From the NCBI GenBank assembly GCA_048940445.1, contig JBHLON010000035.1, positions 1-32,829 on the forward strand: a stretch of 32,829 nt of DNA, in the 5' to 3' direction. The notes beneath the pieces are model-generated. The model made no database searches. It was not told the origin of the DNA and saw only the letters and a program-made list of their open reading frames with translations. The DNA is from Promethearchaeota archaeon. Its GTDB lineage: Archaea; Asgardarchaeota; Lokiarchaeia; Sigyniarchaeales; SOKP01. How positions within the stretch are numbered: the stretch's first letter is position 1; each line of letters opens with the position of its first letter. Both the position numbers and the translations under genes were made by a program. Shown in pieces: positions 8,663 through 17,493 of the stretch.

Positions 8663-9214
8663 TTGGGTAGTGGTATAAGAGTAAAACAACGCTATAGGAA
8701 CCCAAGCACAAAAACGAAACAAAGAAAACCAGAATATATAAGATCTCCTTCAATACCTATTAAGATCTTGCTTGCTCATGACAATAGAATAGACTATCAT
8801 ACACAAAAAGCTCATAGATTAGCTAAATGGATGGATCAAAAAAAAGAATTTGAAGTTTTATATGATAAGAAGTTCTGGAAGAAAGGAGAAATAACCTCAG
8901 TAACAGAGACTAATAGAAGAGAGCAGGAAATGGTACAAAAAGCAGATGTCCTTGTACGTTTGATACATCCATCCTCTAAAACTGGCGAAAAGCGGCATGA
9001 GGGAGCAAAGAGAGAATTTAGAAAAGCTATGAGAGTAGGTAAACCCGTAATTGAGATCTACTATATGGACGCTAGAACAAGTTCTACTCGTAGAGTTCAA
9101 GAAACTCATTATAAAAACAGAATAGTAGTTGGATTAAAAAAAGGAGAGCGAATAGAAAAAGGTCTTAAAAGGGGGCTAGAGGAATACAAAAAATATAAAA
9201 ATGAAATGAATTAA
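8663..9214 (+). CDS. Divergent, highly basic TIR/SEFIR-like fold protein
   Basis: 'IKILLAHD...HTQKAHRLAKWM...FEVLYD', 'ADVLVRLIHP', 'EGAKREFRKAMRVGKPVIEIYY' follow the TIR strand/helix order with Glu at the catalytic position. The TTG start lies 2 nt after the upstream stop, with AGGTG upstream. Confidence 0.6.
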   Translation: MGSGIRVKQRYRNPSTKTKQRKPEYIRSPSIPIKILLAHDNRIDYHTQKAHRLAKWMDQKKEFEVLYDKKFWKKGEITSVTETNRREQEMVQKADVLVRLIHPSSKTGEKRHEGAKREFRKAMRVGKPVIEIYYMDARTSSTRRVQETHYKNRIVVGLKKGERIEKGLKRGLEEYKKYKNEMN

Positions 9215-9242
9215 CAGAATTATTTAATTAAAGGCGTTAAAA

Positions 9243-9674
9243 ATTACAAGGCATGTGTTTTTTTCATTTAAATGGGATCCAGATGTTTGGAGAGCGAATA
9301 TTCTAAGGAATGCAGCAAGAATCCAAGGAGCTACATCCGTAGGATATTGGGATGATTCTCTATATGAAAGATCATTAGCTAGAAACCCTGATTACATTAA
9401 AAGAAAGATTAGAGAAGGTTTAAATGGGACTTCTGTAACTATTATTGTCGTTTCTGATAGAACCATTGAAAGTAGCTATGTAAAATACGAGTATGAAAAA
9501 AGCATTGAGATGGGAAATAAAATACTTCAAATAGATGTATCAAATATGAATACCCCCATTGGTTACTCCAATTTTAATGGTTGGTTACCTTATATAAAGG
9601 GTGGATATACTGTAAAATGGTTTAAAAATTGTCCACTTGGCGATTGGATTGAATATACATTTAGAAATGGGTAA
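9243..9674 (+). CDS. thsB: Thoeris ThsB-like TIR protein (DUF1863)
   Basis: 'TRHVFFSF...DVWRANILRN', 'DSLYE...YIKRKIREGLNGTSVTIIVV...T..S.YVKYEYEKS...GN.IL' is a classic ThsB pattern. The ORF track starts at GTG 9255, but the conserved first strand extends to ATT 9243. Confidence 0.85.
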   Translation: MTRHVFFSFKWDPDVWRANILRNAARIQGATSVGYWDDSLYERSLARNPDYIKRKIREGLNGTSVTIIVVSDRTIESSYVKYEYEKSIEMGNKILQIDVSNMNTPIGYSNFNGWLPYIKGGYTVKWFKNCPLGDWIEYTFRNG

Positions 9675-9731
9675 CTAAAGAATATGAATTAGAAAAATCT
9701 AATTTAGAATGATCTTATTATTGATTTTAGA

Positions 9732-10424
9732 TTATCGAATTACTATATCGTTAATAATTAATCTTGCTAATGAGGGATAAATTTTGGAAATATAAAGCTC
9801 TTCTCTTAGATTTTCATAATTGTATTTCCATGGAAAAGTCCAGTCTCGATCGTACCGAACGAATTCATCATATAACAACCTTGCTGCTCCCCCTGAAGAT
9901 GCAACTAAATAAAATGGATTATTTGGATAAAATTCTCTAAACATTTCAAATTCATCTTCAATTCCTTCCATACCTCCAACAAAAATACCTGCGTGAAGAT
10001 AATTATCTTTAAGCATCCGATTTCTCATTTGATTTAGACTTTGAGTTCTATCATTATTCATATTCTCAGTCCAAATTATTTTTCCTAATTTTAGATCTAA
10101 TAATTCTTTAGTATACTTACTAATGATATTTTTAAAAAATTCTGATTGGTAGATTTTAATCCTATTAGGATTAATCTCGTTTAAACTAAATTTCATAGCA
10201 ACTTTAAGTATTAATGGAGATATTGTAGGATGTCCTCCAAAAATCAAATTTCCATCTCTTTTTAATATCTCTTCTACAAATGAAACGATTGCGTTTGTGA
10301 TATCAAGAGGATTGGTATTTCTGGAGTATTTTGGATCCCGTTCTGCTGAAGGAAGACTCGATGACAATAATATATTCTTATCTAGTAATTCAGAGTTTTT
10401 CTCAGTAGTTTCCTTAAAAATAAT
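9732..10424 (-). CDS. SLOG cluster 3 family nucleotide-binding protein
   Basis: 'NILLSSSLP', 'LIFGGHPTISPLI', 'IYQSEFF', 'SL..MR..ML', 'AGIFVGGMEGIEDEF', 'VASSGGAA'. The frame is open upstream of the called TTG (10367) to 10427. Confidence 0.85.
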   Translation of the reverse strand: MIFKETTEKNSELLDKNILLSSSLPSAERDPKYSRNTNPLDITNAIVSFVEEILKRDGNLIFGGHPTISPLILKVAMKFSLNEINPNRIKIYQSEFFKNIISKYTKELLDLKLGKIIWTENMNNDRTQSLNQMRNRMLKDNYLHAGIFVGGMEGIEDEFEMFREFYPNNPFYLVASSGGAARLLYDEFVRYDRDWTFPWKYNYENLREELYISKIYPSLARLIINDIVIR

Positions 10425-10436
10425 TAATCACTTCCT

Positions 10437-11609
10437 TTATTGATTTATAATAAATAAATTCTTTTTATCATTTAAAATCCACTCTAAAACTTCCTTTTGA
10501 AAATCAGGTAGTTTTTCTGCTTTATAAAATAGAATTTTTTTAGTATCATTATGAAAATCTTTGATTTTCTTTGAGATATTGTCAATATAATAAAGATCTT
10601 CTGGTTGTGGAAAGTGAAGAGCCATTGTAATTAAACGATCTGAATCTGATTTCTTACTGTTAGTAAAATAAATCACCCAACTTTGTAAATAGTTATAATA
10701 ATGATAATCTTTGGAATAAGAAGTTTCAATACTTCTCAAAAAGTCATTTCTTCTTTGATTAAGTCCATAAGCATGCAGACTCTCAATTTCATTTATAATT
10801 CCTTCAACAAGATTTTCTTTTATAACGTAAAATTCTTTACTTTTAACAAGATCATTATTTATATCCAATTTTATTTTAGGTAAATTAAAAGTTTCACTTA
10901 TTTCTTTATCCCTATCGCACCAACTTACTACATAGACAGGAATTTCATGTCTTAATGCATAAATCACTTCTTTAGAAATCCATTGAGACTTATTTGCTTT
11001 TGGAGATTCAATTACTAATAAAAATGATTTATCTTCTAATGATTCGTAAATCCTCTCTTCAAAATCAATTCCGACATCAATGTCATAAAGATCTAAGAAA
11101 ATATTGAATTTCTGCTGAGACAGTTTATCAAATAATTGAAAAGCCATCCCTTGACCGTCATCTCTTCTGTAACTTATGAAGATTCTTCGATTTTTATCTT
11201 CTAAGCCCAAATTCTCAAAAATTTCTCTTACTAATTTTTTTTCTGGAACTTGGTATCTATCCCAGAAAAATATATTTATTTTTAATAATAATTCAGGAAT
11301 ACAATCATTAATAATCTGTTGCGAATCAAGGACAGGAATTATAAAAATGCCAGCATTTTTAGCCTCTTTTAATAAGTCAATATTTGTTTTTCTAATGTTA
11401 GCAGATCCAAAATAAATCATAATTTTTGGACCTTCAACAAGTTTTTCAAATTGATTATGAAAGATTTTGAAGGATGAGGTAAAATAACCACAGATATTCC
11501 GTTCGACATATTTCTGAGTCTCAGTTATAAGAGCTTTCTCCAAATTTAAAGCTTTAGACTTAGTTGAGTGATCATAGATTAAAGAAACACTATATTCATA
11601 TTTCGCCAT
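10437..11609 (-). CDS. Long TIR-domain protein (degenerate N-terminal TIR-like + intact TIR_2 + C-terminal domain)
   Basis: 'RRIFISYRRDDG..MA.QL...L....FNIFLD...I..G.DF.E.I...L.D...LLVIESP....SQWISKEV.YAL'. The N-terminal 'IMIYFG...IFIIPV...IPELL..IN...W' resembles an inactive TIR. Confidence 0.88.
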   Translation of the reverse strand: MAKYEYSVSLIYDHSTKSKALNLEKALITETQKYVERNICGYFTSSFKIFHNQFEKLVEGPKIMIYFGSANIRKTNIDLLKEAKNAGIFIIPVLDSQQIINDCIPELLLKINIFFWDRYQVPEKKLVREIFENLGLEDKNRRIFISYRRDDGQGMAFQLFDKLSQQKFNIFLDLYDIDVGIDFEERIYESLEDKSFLLVIESPKANKSQWISKEVIYALRHEIPVYVVSWCDRDKEISETFNLPKIKLDINNDLVKSKEFYVIKENLVEGIINEIESLHAYGLNQRRNDFLRSIETSYSKDYHYYNYLQSWVIYFTNSKKSDSDRLITMALHFPQPEDLYYIDNISKKIKDFHNDTKKILFYKAEKLPDFQKEVLEWILNDKKNLFIINQ

Positions 11610-11691
11610 ATATTAAATTGTCAAATTAGATATTTAATTTTTGCGAACTCTAATTAAAATAAAAAAGAAAAATAAATTTAAAAATCCACAA

Positions 11692-12834
11692 TTAACTCAC
11701 ACCAAATATCAATACACAATTTCCTTGGGAACAAATCCCATTCATACCATTTGCTAATCCTAACTTTGCATCAGCAATCTGTCTTTTATCTGCTTTTCCC
11801 ATTAGTTGTAAAGCAACTTCTGCAACTCGAATTAATCCATTTGCCATTGTTGGATTACTTGATAAGACGCCGCCTGATGGGTTTACGGGAATATTTCCAT
11901 CCATTTGTGTATCTCCACTATCAATAAACTCACCACCCTTCCCCTTATTACAGAAACCTAAAGCTTCATAACTCATTAATTCATGAATAGAAAAAGCGTC
12001 ATAAACTTCAGCAACATCCAATTCTTCTACGGGATTTTTAATACCTGCCATTTTATATGCTTCCTTTGCAGCTAGTTCAAGAGCAATCAAGTCTGTCATA
12101 TTACGATGTCCTAGATAATATGCATCAGTACAATTCCCATACCCTTTCAGCCATACAGGAGCATCTGTGAACTTTTTTGCAACTTTCTCATTAGTTAACA
12201 ACATTGCAACTGCTCCATCTGAAAAAGGCGGAAAATCTAGTTGTTTTAAGGGATAAGCCATCATTGGTGAGTTCAAGACTTCCTCTTGTGTTATTTCTTT
12301 CTGTAAGTGCGCATAAGGATTATTTAAAGCATTTTTCCTATTTTTTACTACTACTTTTGCAGCCTGTGCCTCCGTAACACCATATTTAGTCATATACATA
12401 TTTGCCATTAAACCAGCAGAAGAGATTTGATCTAATCCTAGATGTCTTTGATAATAAGGATCAAAAATCGTATTATTTACCAGATATTGATTTACTTCTG
12501 AACACTTACAGTGAGATACAACCATTACAGTGTCATATTCTCCAGAAAGAATTCGCATTGCGGCATATATATACGCGAAAGCTCCATCACCCGAAACTCT
12601 AGACTCTGATTTCCCAATTGAACCTACAGCATCTTGAATCCCCATATTGGCAATGGTTCTACCATCATTAAAGTCATTTGAACTTGTTATAACAGATCCA
12701 ACATCATCATTATTTATTCCTAGATCATCATATAGTTTCCTTACTACTTCAAAAACAAGCTCCATATAAGTCTGATCTATCTTCTCTGCTTCATATTTTG
12801 TTTGGGCAACTCCCACTATTGCAACTTTATCCAT
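11692..12834 (-). CDS. Thiolase-superfamily protein (SCP2/Ltp-like), lacking the catalytic Cys
   Basis: 'VAIVGVAQT', 'KNRKNALNNPYA', 'SDGAVA', 'AEVYDAF', 'VNPSGG'. The Cys position reads 'VSGDG'. Confidence 0.9.
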   Translation of the reverse strand: MDKVAIVGVAQTKYEAEKIDQTYMELVFEVVRKLYDDLGINNDDVGSVITSSNDFNDGRTIANMGIQDAVGSIGKSESRVSGDGAFAYIYAAMRILSGEYDTVMVVSHCKCSEVNQYLVNNTIFDPYYQRHLGLDQISSAGLMANMYMTKYGVTEAQAAKVVVKNRKNALNNPYAHLQKEITQEEVLNSPMMAYPLKQLDFPPFSDGAVAMLLTNEKVAKKFTDAPVWLKGYGNCTDAYYLGHRNMTDLIALELAAKEAYKMAGIKNPVEELDVAEVYDAFSIHELMSYEALGFCNKGKGGEFIDSGDTQMDGNIPVNPSGGVLSSNPTMANGLIRVAEVALQLMGKADKRQIADAKLGLANGMNGICSQGNCVLIFGVS

Positions 12835-13015
12835 CTTAACATACCTAACTACTTTCTCATATTTAAATTAAAATTAATATAATGTTGATTAAATCTTATA
12901 TAAATAATTTTCAATTAGATAAATAGAATGTGAAATAACAATGATATTATAGTTTTCTGATAAAATAATTAACTTCTTTGTTCAAAATAAAAAAAAATGA
13001 AAAAATTATCTAATT

Positions 13016-13984
13016 TTAATAGTTAACTTTATCAAGCCCTTTAAGTTTGAGCATTTTTCTAGTTTCATCTGGAGTAGCGACCTCACGGCCCAAATCATTA
13101 ACTATTCTGACCATTTTTTCAACTAACTCAGCATTACTTTTTGCTAATATTCGTTCTTTCTTTTCAACATCATATCCTATAGATATATTATCTTCCATAC
13201 CAACTCTTATATGGCCTCCCATTGTTGCTGAGATAGCTCCAAGATGGAATTCTCTAGGATATCCTAAACCAATTACTGACCAAGTGAAATTCTTATCTCC
13301 AAGGAGTCTAAAAGCTTCAGTATGCAAATGCATCAACTCCCATGGTGTATTTCCAGTTCCACCTAGCACTCCTAATACGAATTGCATATGAAGAGGAAGT
13401 TTTAACCATCCAAATCTAACCATAGACCCTGCATTCCATAAACCACTGGTACTATAAATTTCAAGTTCAGGTTTAACATTATTTTCATACATCGTCTTTA
13501 CAAATTTCTCTAAATCTATAAAACTATTCTGAAACACCAAACCTTTACTCATAGTTACTAGTTGTTTTTCCCAAGGATACTTCCAGTCTTGAATTCTTTC
13601 CAATAATGGGAATATTGAAAAATTCATGGATTCGCAATTAAAAGAACACATTTCTGGTTTGAATTCTGGAACAACGGAAATACGTTCCTCAGCTGTCATT
13701 CCAGCCCCCCCTCCTGTGGTGCAACAAACCACTACATTGGTCTTAGCTTTGATTTTCTCGAGAGTTTCTCTCCAAATCCCCAAATCAGAAGAAGGCATAG
13801 CAGTTTTAGGATCTCTAACATGAACATGAACCACAGCAGCTCCTGCATCACAAGCTTTTTTAGCTTCTTCAGCTATTTCATCTGGAGTTATTGGTAGATA
13901 GGGTGTTTGAGATGGGATTGTAGCTGAGCCGGTAATAGCACAAGTAATTATACATTTGTCCCGCCAAGCTGTAAGTACAGACAT
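13016..13984 (-). CDS. Beta-keto acid cleavage enzyme (BKACE / 3-keto-5-aminohexanoate cleavage family, DUF849)
   Basis: 'IITCAITG', 'P.TP.EIA', 'GAAVVHVHVRD', 'TTGGG', 'KPELEIY', 'GGHIRVGMEDN'. Confidence 0.93.
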   Translation of the reverse strand: MSVLTAWRDKCIITCAITGSATIPSQTPYLPITPDEIAEEAKKACDAGAAVVHVHVRDPKTAMPSSDLGIWRETLEKIKAKTNVVVCCTTGGGAGMTAEERISVVPEFKPEMCSFNCESMNFSIFPLLERIQDWKYPWEKQLVTMSKGLVFQNSFIDLEKFVKTMYENNVKPELEIYSTSGLWNAGSMVRFGWLKLPLHMQFVLGVLGGTGNTPWELMHLHTEAFRLLGDKNFTWSVIGLGYPREFHLGAISATMGGHIRVGMEDNISIGYDVEKKERILAKSNAELVEKMVRIVNDLGREVATPDETRKMLKLKGLDKVNY

Positions 13985-14322
13985 TTATATATCACTTCAT
14001 TTTTCATTTCATTTATTTATTAATTACAATTTACTTGTTAATTTTATAAGTTTATAATTTATCGGATTTAAAAAATATAAAGGTTTGTTTACTATAGGTC
14101 AAATAAGCTCATTTAAATTACAAATTTGAAAAAAAATCATTTTGAACGCCTTAAAATGAATTTAACTTAAAACTCATTAAAAAGTAACGAATATATCGTA
14201 ATATATTTTATTACATCAAATATTTTACTTCAATGGATAAATTTTAATTTGAATGATATCTATTTTCGTAGTAGTTCAATGTAAATATAATAAGATAATT
14301 AATATTTAGAGATGTGATAAAA

Positions 14323-15210
14323 ATGTCAGATGAAGATTTATCAAGAAAGTTAGTTATAAGTGCCGCTCTTACAGGTCCAGCAACTAATAAAGCACAGAAT
14401 CCTAATGTTCCATACACTGCAGAAGAATTTGGGGACGAAGCTAAAAAATGTTATGAGGCAGGCGCAGCAGTAGTTCACATTCATGCTAGACATCCAGAAA
14501 AAGGGAATCCAACTCATGAATTAGATATAATTGGTGCTGTTTTAGATAATATTAAAGAAAAAGCTCCAGACCTCCTAATTAATTTAAGTACTGCAATAAG
14601 TACAATAGTTACTCCTAAACAAAGAATTGCACCTATTGAGACCTTTAAGCCACCGATAGCATCGCTAAATTCTAATTCGATGAATTTTGCTGTAGGAGAC
14701 CATAAAACTGGACAAGTTGGACTTGGTGCTAAAAACATTTTTGCAAATACTTTTGATACAATCCAAAAATTTGCTAAAACAATGAAAAAAGTAGGGACCA
14801 AACCAGAAATAGAAATCTATGATATGGGCGGGATGTATAATATCCTCCATCTAGCAAAACAACAACCAAAACGGCTTTTAGATCCTCCACTGCACTTTCA
14901 ATTTGTTTTTGGTGTTCTAGGAGGGATCCCATTTTCTTATGAAAATCTAGCACATTTTATTAATTTAAAGCCACCAGATGCTAGTTGGAGTGTTTGTGGA
15001 GTAGCTAAGAATCAATTCCAAGCAGCTATGTGTGCAGCCCCAATGGGAGGGCATATTAGAGTAGGTCTTGAAGATAACATCAGAATGCCTAATGGTGAAT
15101 TAGCAAAAGGAAGTTGGGAACAAGTGGCATGGGCAGCAATGGTTGCTAAATTAGTAAATTGTGAGCCTGCAACTCCAGACGAAGCAAGGAGAATCTTTAA
15201 TCTATATTAG
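14323..15210 (+). CDS. Beta-keto acid cleavage enzyme (BKACE, DUF849), second paralog
   Basis: 'ISAALTG', 'GAAVVHIHAR', 'KPEIEIYD.G', 'GGHIRVGLEDN'. ATG 14323 preferred over GTG 14314, which lies within the RBS-like GATGTGA. Confidence 0.93.
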   Translation: MSDEDLSRKLVISAALTGPATNKAQNPNVPYTAEEFGDEAKKCYEAGAAVVHIHARHPEKGNPTHELDIIGAVLDNIKEKAPDLLINLSTAISTIVTPKQRIAPIETFKPPIASLNSNSMNFAVGDHKTGQVGLGAKNIFANTFDTIQKFAKTMKKVGTKPEIEIYDMGGMYNILHLAKQQPKRLLDPPLHFQFVFGVLGGIPFSYENLAHFINLKPPDASWSVCGVAKNQFQAAMCAAPMGGHIRVGLEDNIRMPNGELAKGSWEQVAWAAMVAKLVNCEPATPDEARRIFNLY

Positions 15211-15289
15211 CAATAAAAATTAGTTTTTTTTACTTTTAATATTTTAAAATGAAAATAAAATAAATAAAATTAGAATTCATTCTCTTTTA

Positions 15290-15892
15290 CTAGAAAGTGA
15301 ATCCTTCAGGTAATTCTGATTCAGATGTACCTTCAAGAACAAACATTAGATCCATAATTGTATAGGTTGGGCTTTTAGTTCGAAAAATTGGTACAATTCT
15401 TTTTCCAATTTCTGGTTCTCCCACAGCTAATATGCTCATTAAAATTGTTACAACTTTTTCATCAAATTCGACGTTTATGAACTTAATAGGTTTAGGAAGT
15501 GTATTAAAAGCTCCTGAACGATGGGTGATAATAAATGAATGAATCTTAGCAGTATCACGCGCCTTTTGGGTAATATCAACGATAGTGGCTTTTCTCAAGC
15601 AATCAGGACAGTAGATTCTAAAGGGTTCAAAGATTGATCCCTTGCTTTCGCACTTATCATTATCACACCTAGTAGCTAATAACTTTCCTTTACCAATACC
15701 CTCAAAAAAAGAAGCCTCTCCACCATAAGAATGGATATAGGTCATATCTCTTGGATTTGTGACTCCGGCTAGCTTTCCCGTATTCTTGTTAAATATGGGT
15801 TGATTTGCTTCAATTATATGAAATTTTCCTCTTGGCTTATATCTTCCATCAATTATATCAACAAAACCTTTCTCATCTTCAGTTTTTGGCAT
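15290..15892 (-). CDS. DUF35-type Zn-ribbon/OB-fold protein (thiolase partner)
   Basis: 'FFEGIGKGKLLATRC...C...P.RIYCPDC' plus OB-fold strands; 2 nt downstream of the thiolase gene. Confidence 0.88.
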   Translation of the reverse strand: MPKTEDEKGFVDIIDGRYKPRGKFHIIEANQPIFNKNTGKLAGVTNPRDMTYIHSYGGEASFFEGIGKGKLLATRCDNDKCESKGSIFEPFRIYCPDCLRKATIVDITQKARDTAKIHSFIITHRSGAFNTLPKPIKFINVEFDEKVVTILMSILAVGEPEIGKRIVPIFRTKSPTYTIMDLMFVLEGTSESELPEGFTF

Positions 15893-15894
15893 TT

Positions 15895-17316
15895 TTAATC
15901 CTCCTTTATTAAATTATTTGGATTCATTAAAATAGTACAAGTCACATGAGAGCCTACTCCTGCATGGCTTATTGCTAATCCACGTTTAGCACCATTAACT
16001 TGTAAGCTTTTCCAATCTTTTGGTTTTTCACGATCGAATGCTTTCCACTTTTCTTCTGGTTCATGAATTTCATCCCATCTATTCCAAATATGGTAACCGA
16101 TTTCAGCTATTTGCATTAATCCAGTAGCACCTACAGCGTGCATACAACCTATCAAACCACCACATGGATTGCTAGGTAATTTTCCAGGTTTATTAGTATT
16201 TGGATTAATTACATAAGCATCACCAGATTCAATATATTCACGTCCATGACCATATGGTCGTATCCCTATATCTTCATAGGTTTGAATATCACTAATTGTA
16301 AAAGCATCATGTAGTTCAACAACATCTAAATCTTCAGTAGGATCTACTACACCGCTCATTCTATATGCATAATATGCTGCCATACGAGCAGCTAAAAAAC
16401 TTGTAAAACCAGGATATCGATCGCCTCCCGGAAAATCCTTACCCAAATTATCATATTGACCCGGCTTTTCATTAGGGAGTAGCGGAATCTTCATATCTCT
16501 TCGATCAGCTACTCTTAAAGTGTGACTTCCAGCAGCAATATAAATTCTGAGGGGTTTGTCCGTAATTTCATAAGCTGTCTTCTCATCACACACAATACCA
16601 CATGCTGATCCTACGCTCATTAAACAACAATCTAAAACTCTTAAAGGGTAAGCTACAATGGGTGAAATTTTAACATCCTCTATAGTGATCTTCATTGGAC
16701 CATGGGCATGAGGGTTCATTCTAGCATATCCACGGTTTTTTACCGCAATTGCTGCCATAGTGTCTCTGAAAGACGGTTCCTCTCTTCCAAATATTTTCCA
16801 ATACCTCTGAGCCATTACAGCGTAATAACCCGTATAAATATGCCCTAGTGGGGTTTCCCAATCCTTGTCTGCTGCACAAGAAATTAAATGATTTCCCTCA
16901 TCAGTAGGAACTTCGTCCATTCGTTCCCAACCCAACGCAAGAGCACAATCACTATACCCTGAAGCTACTGTTTTAACAGCTTCCCACATAGCTGATCCAC
17001 CCGTTGCACCACCTGTTTTTACACCAATATTACCCAAAGGATCTAAACCTAATCTATCATGAATGACAGCCTCTCCAAGGAGCTGATCACCAAAATGGTC
17101 AGCAAAATGACCATAGTAACATGTGTGAATATAACTTTTCAATTCAGAAGGTGTCATATTCACAAAGTCAGCTGCAGCAGTAAATGCATCAATGCAAAGC
17201 TCTTCAGTGCGAGTCTCTGGAAATGCTCTATCAAATTTAGACATCCCTACTGTAGCTAAATATACAGGTCTCATCAATTTAGGTATCTTTAATTGTTTAT
17301 CACTAAATTTTATCAT
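15895..17316 (-). CDS. Thiolase-superfamily protein (Ltp-like), catalytic Cys replaced by Gly
   Basis: 'VKTGGATGG', 'KNRGYARMNP.A', 'VVELHDAFTI', 'NPCGGLIGCMHAVGATG'. Confidence 0.9.
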   Translation of the reverse strand: MIKFSDKQLKIPKLMRPVYLATVGMSKFDRAFPETRTEELCIDAFTAAADFVNMTPSELKSYIHTCYYGHFADHFGDQLLGEAVIHDRLGLDPLGNIGVKTGGATGGSAMWEAVKTVASGYSDCALALGWERMDEVPTDEGNHLISCAADKDWETPLGHIYTGYYAVMAQRYWKIFGREEPSFRDTMAAIAVKNRGYARMNPHAHGPMKITIEDVKISPIVAYPLRVLDCCLMSVGSACGIVCDEKTAYEITDKPLRIYIAAGSHTLRVADRRDMKIPLLPNEKPGQYDNLGKDFPGGDRYPGFTSFLAARMAAYYAYRMSGVVDPTEDLDVVELHDAFTISDIQTYEDIGIRPYGHGREYIESGDAYVINPNTNKPGKLPSNPCGGLIGCMHAVGATGLMQIAEIGYHIWNRWDEIHEPEEKWKAFDREKPKDWKSLQVNGAKRGLAISHAGVGSHVTCTILMNPNNLIKED

Positions 17317-17493
17317 TATATTTCACATTATATTATATAACTTTTTAATTTTCTTTCATTTGGTTTTTGTAGTTAGATTTTTAATAGATTTGATATTTTA
17401 TTGTTATGTTTTATTTTGATTAAAACATTTCTAATAATTAATTCTTAGAATTAAAATTCTAATTTTAAATTACAAAAATGTTAATGATATTTT

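Noticed and set aside
9732-10424. Canonical Thoeris ThsA
   Set aside because: SLOG only; no SIR2, Macro or TM effector domain is fused.
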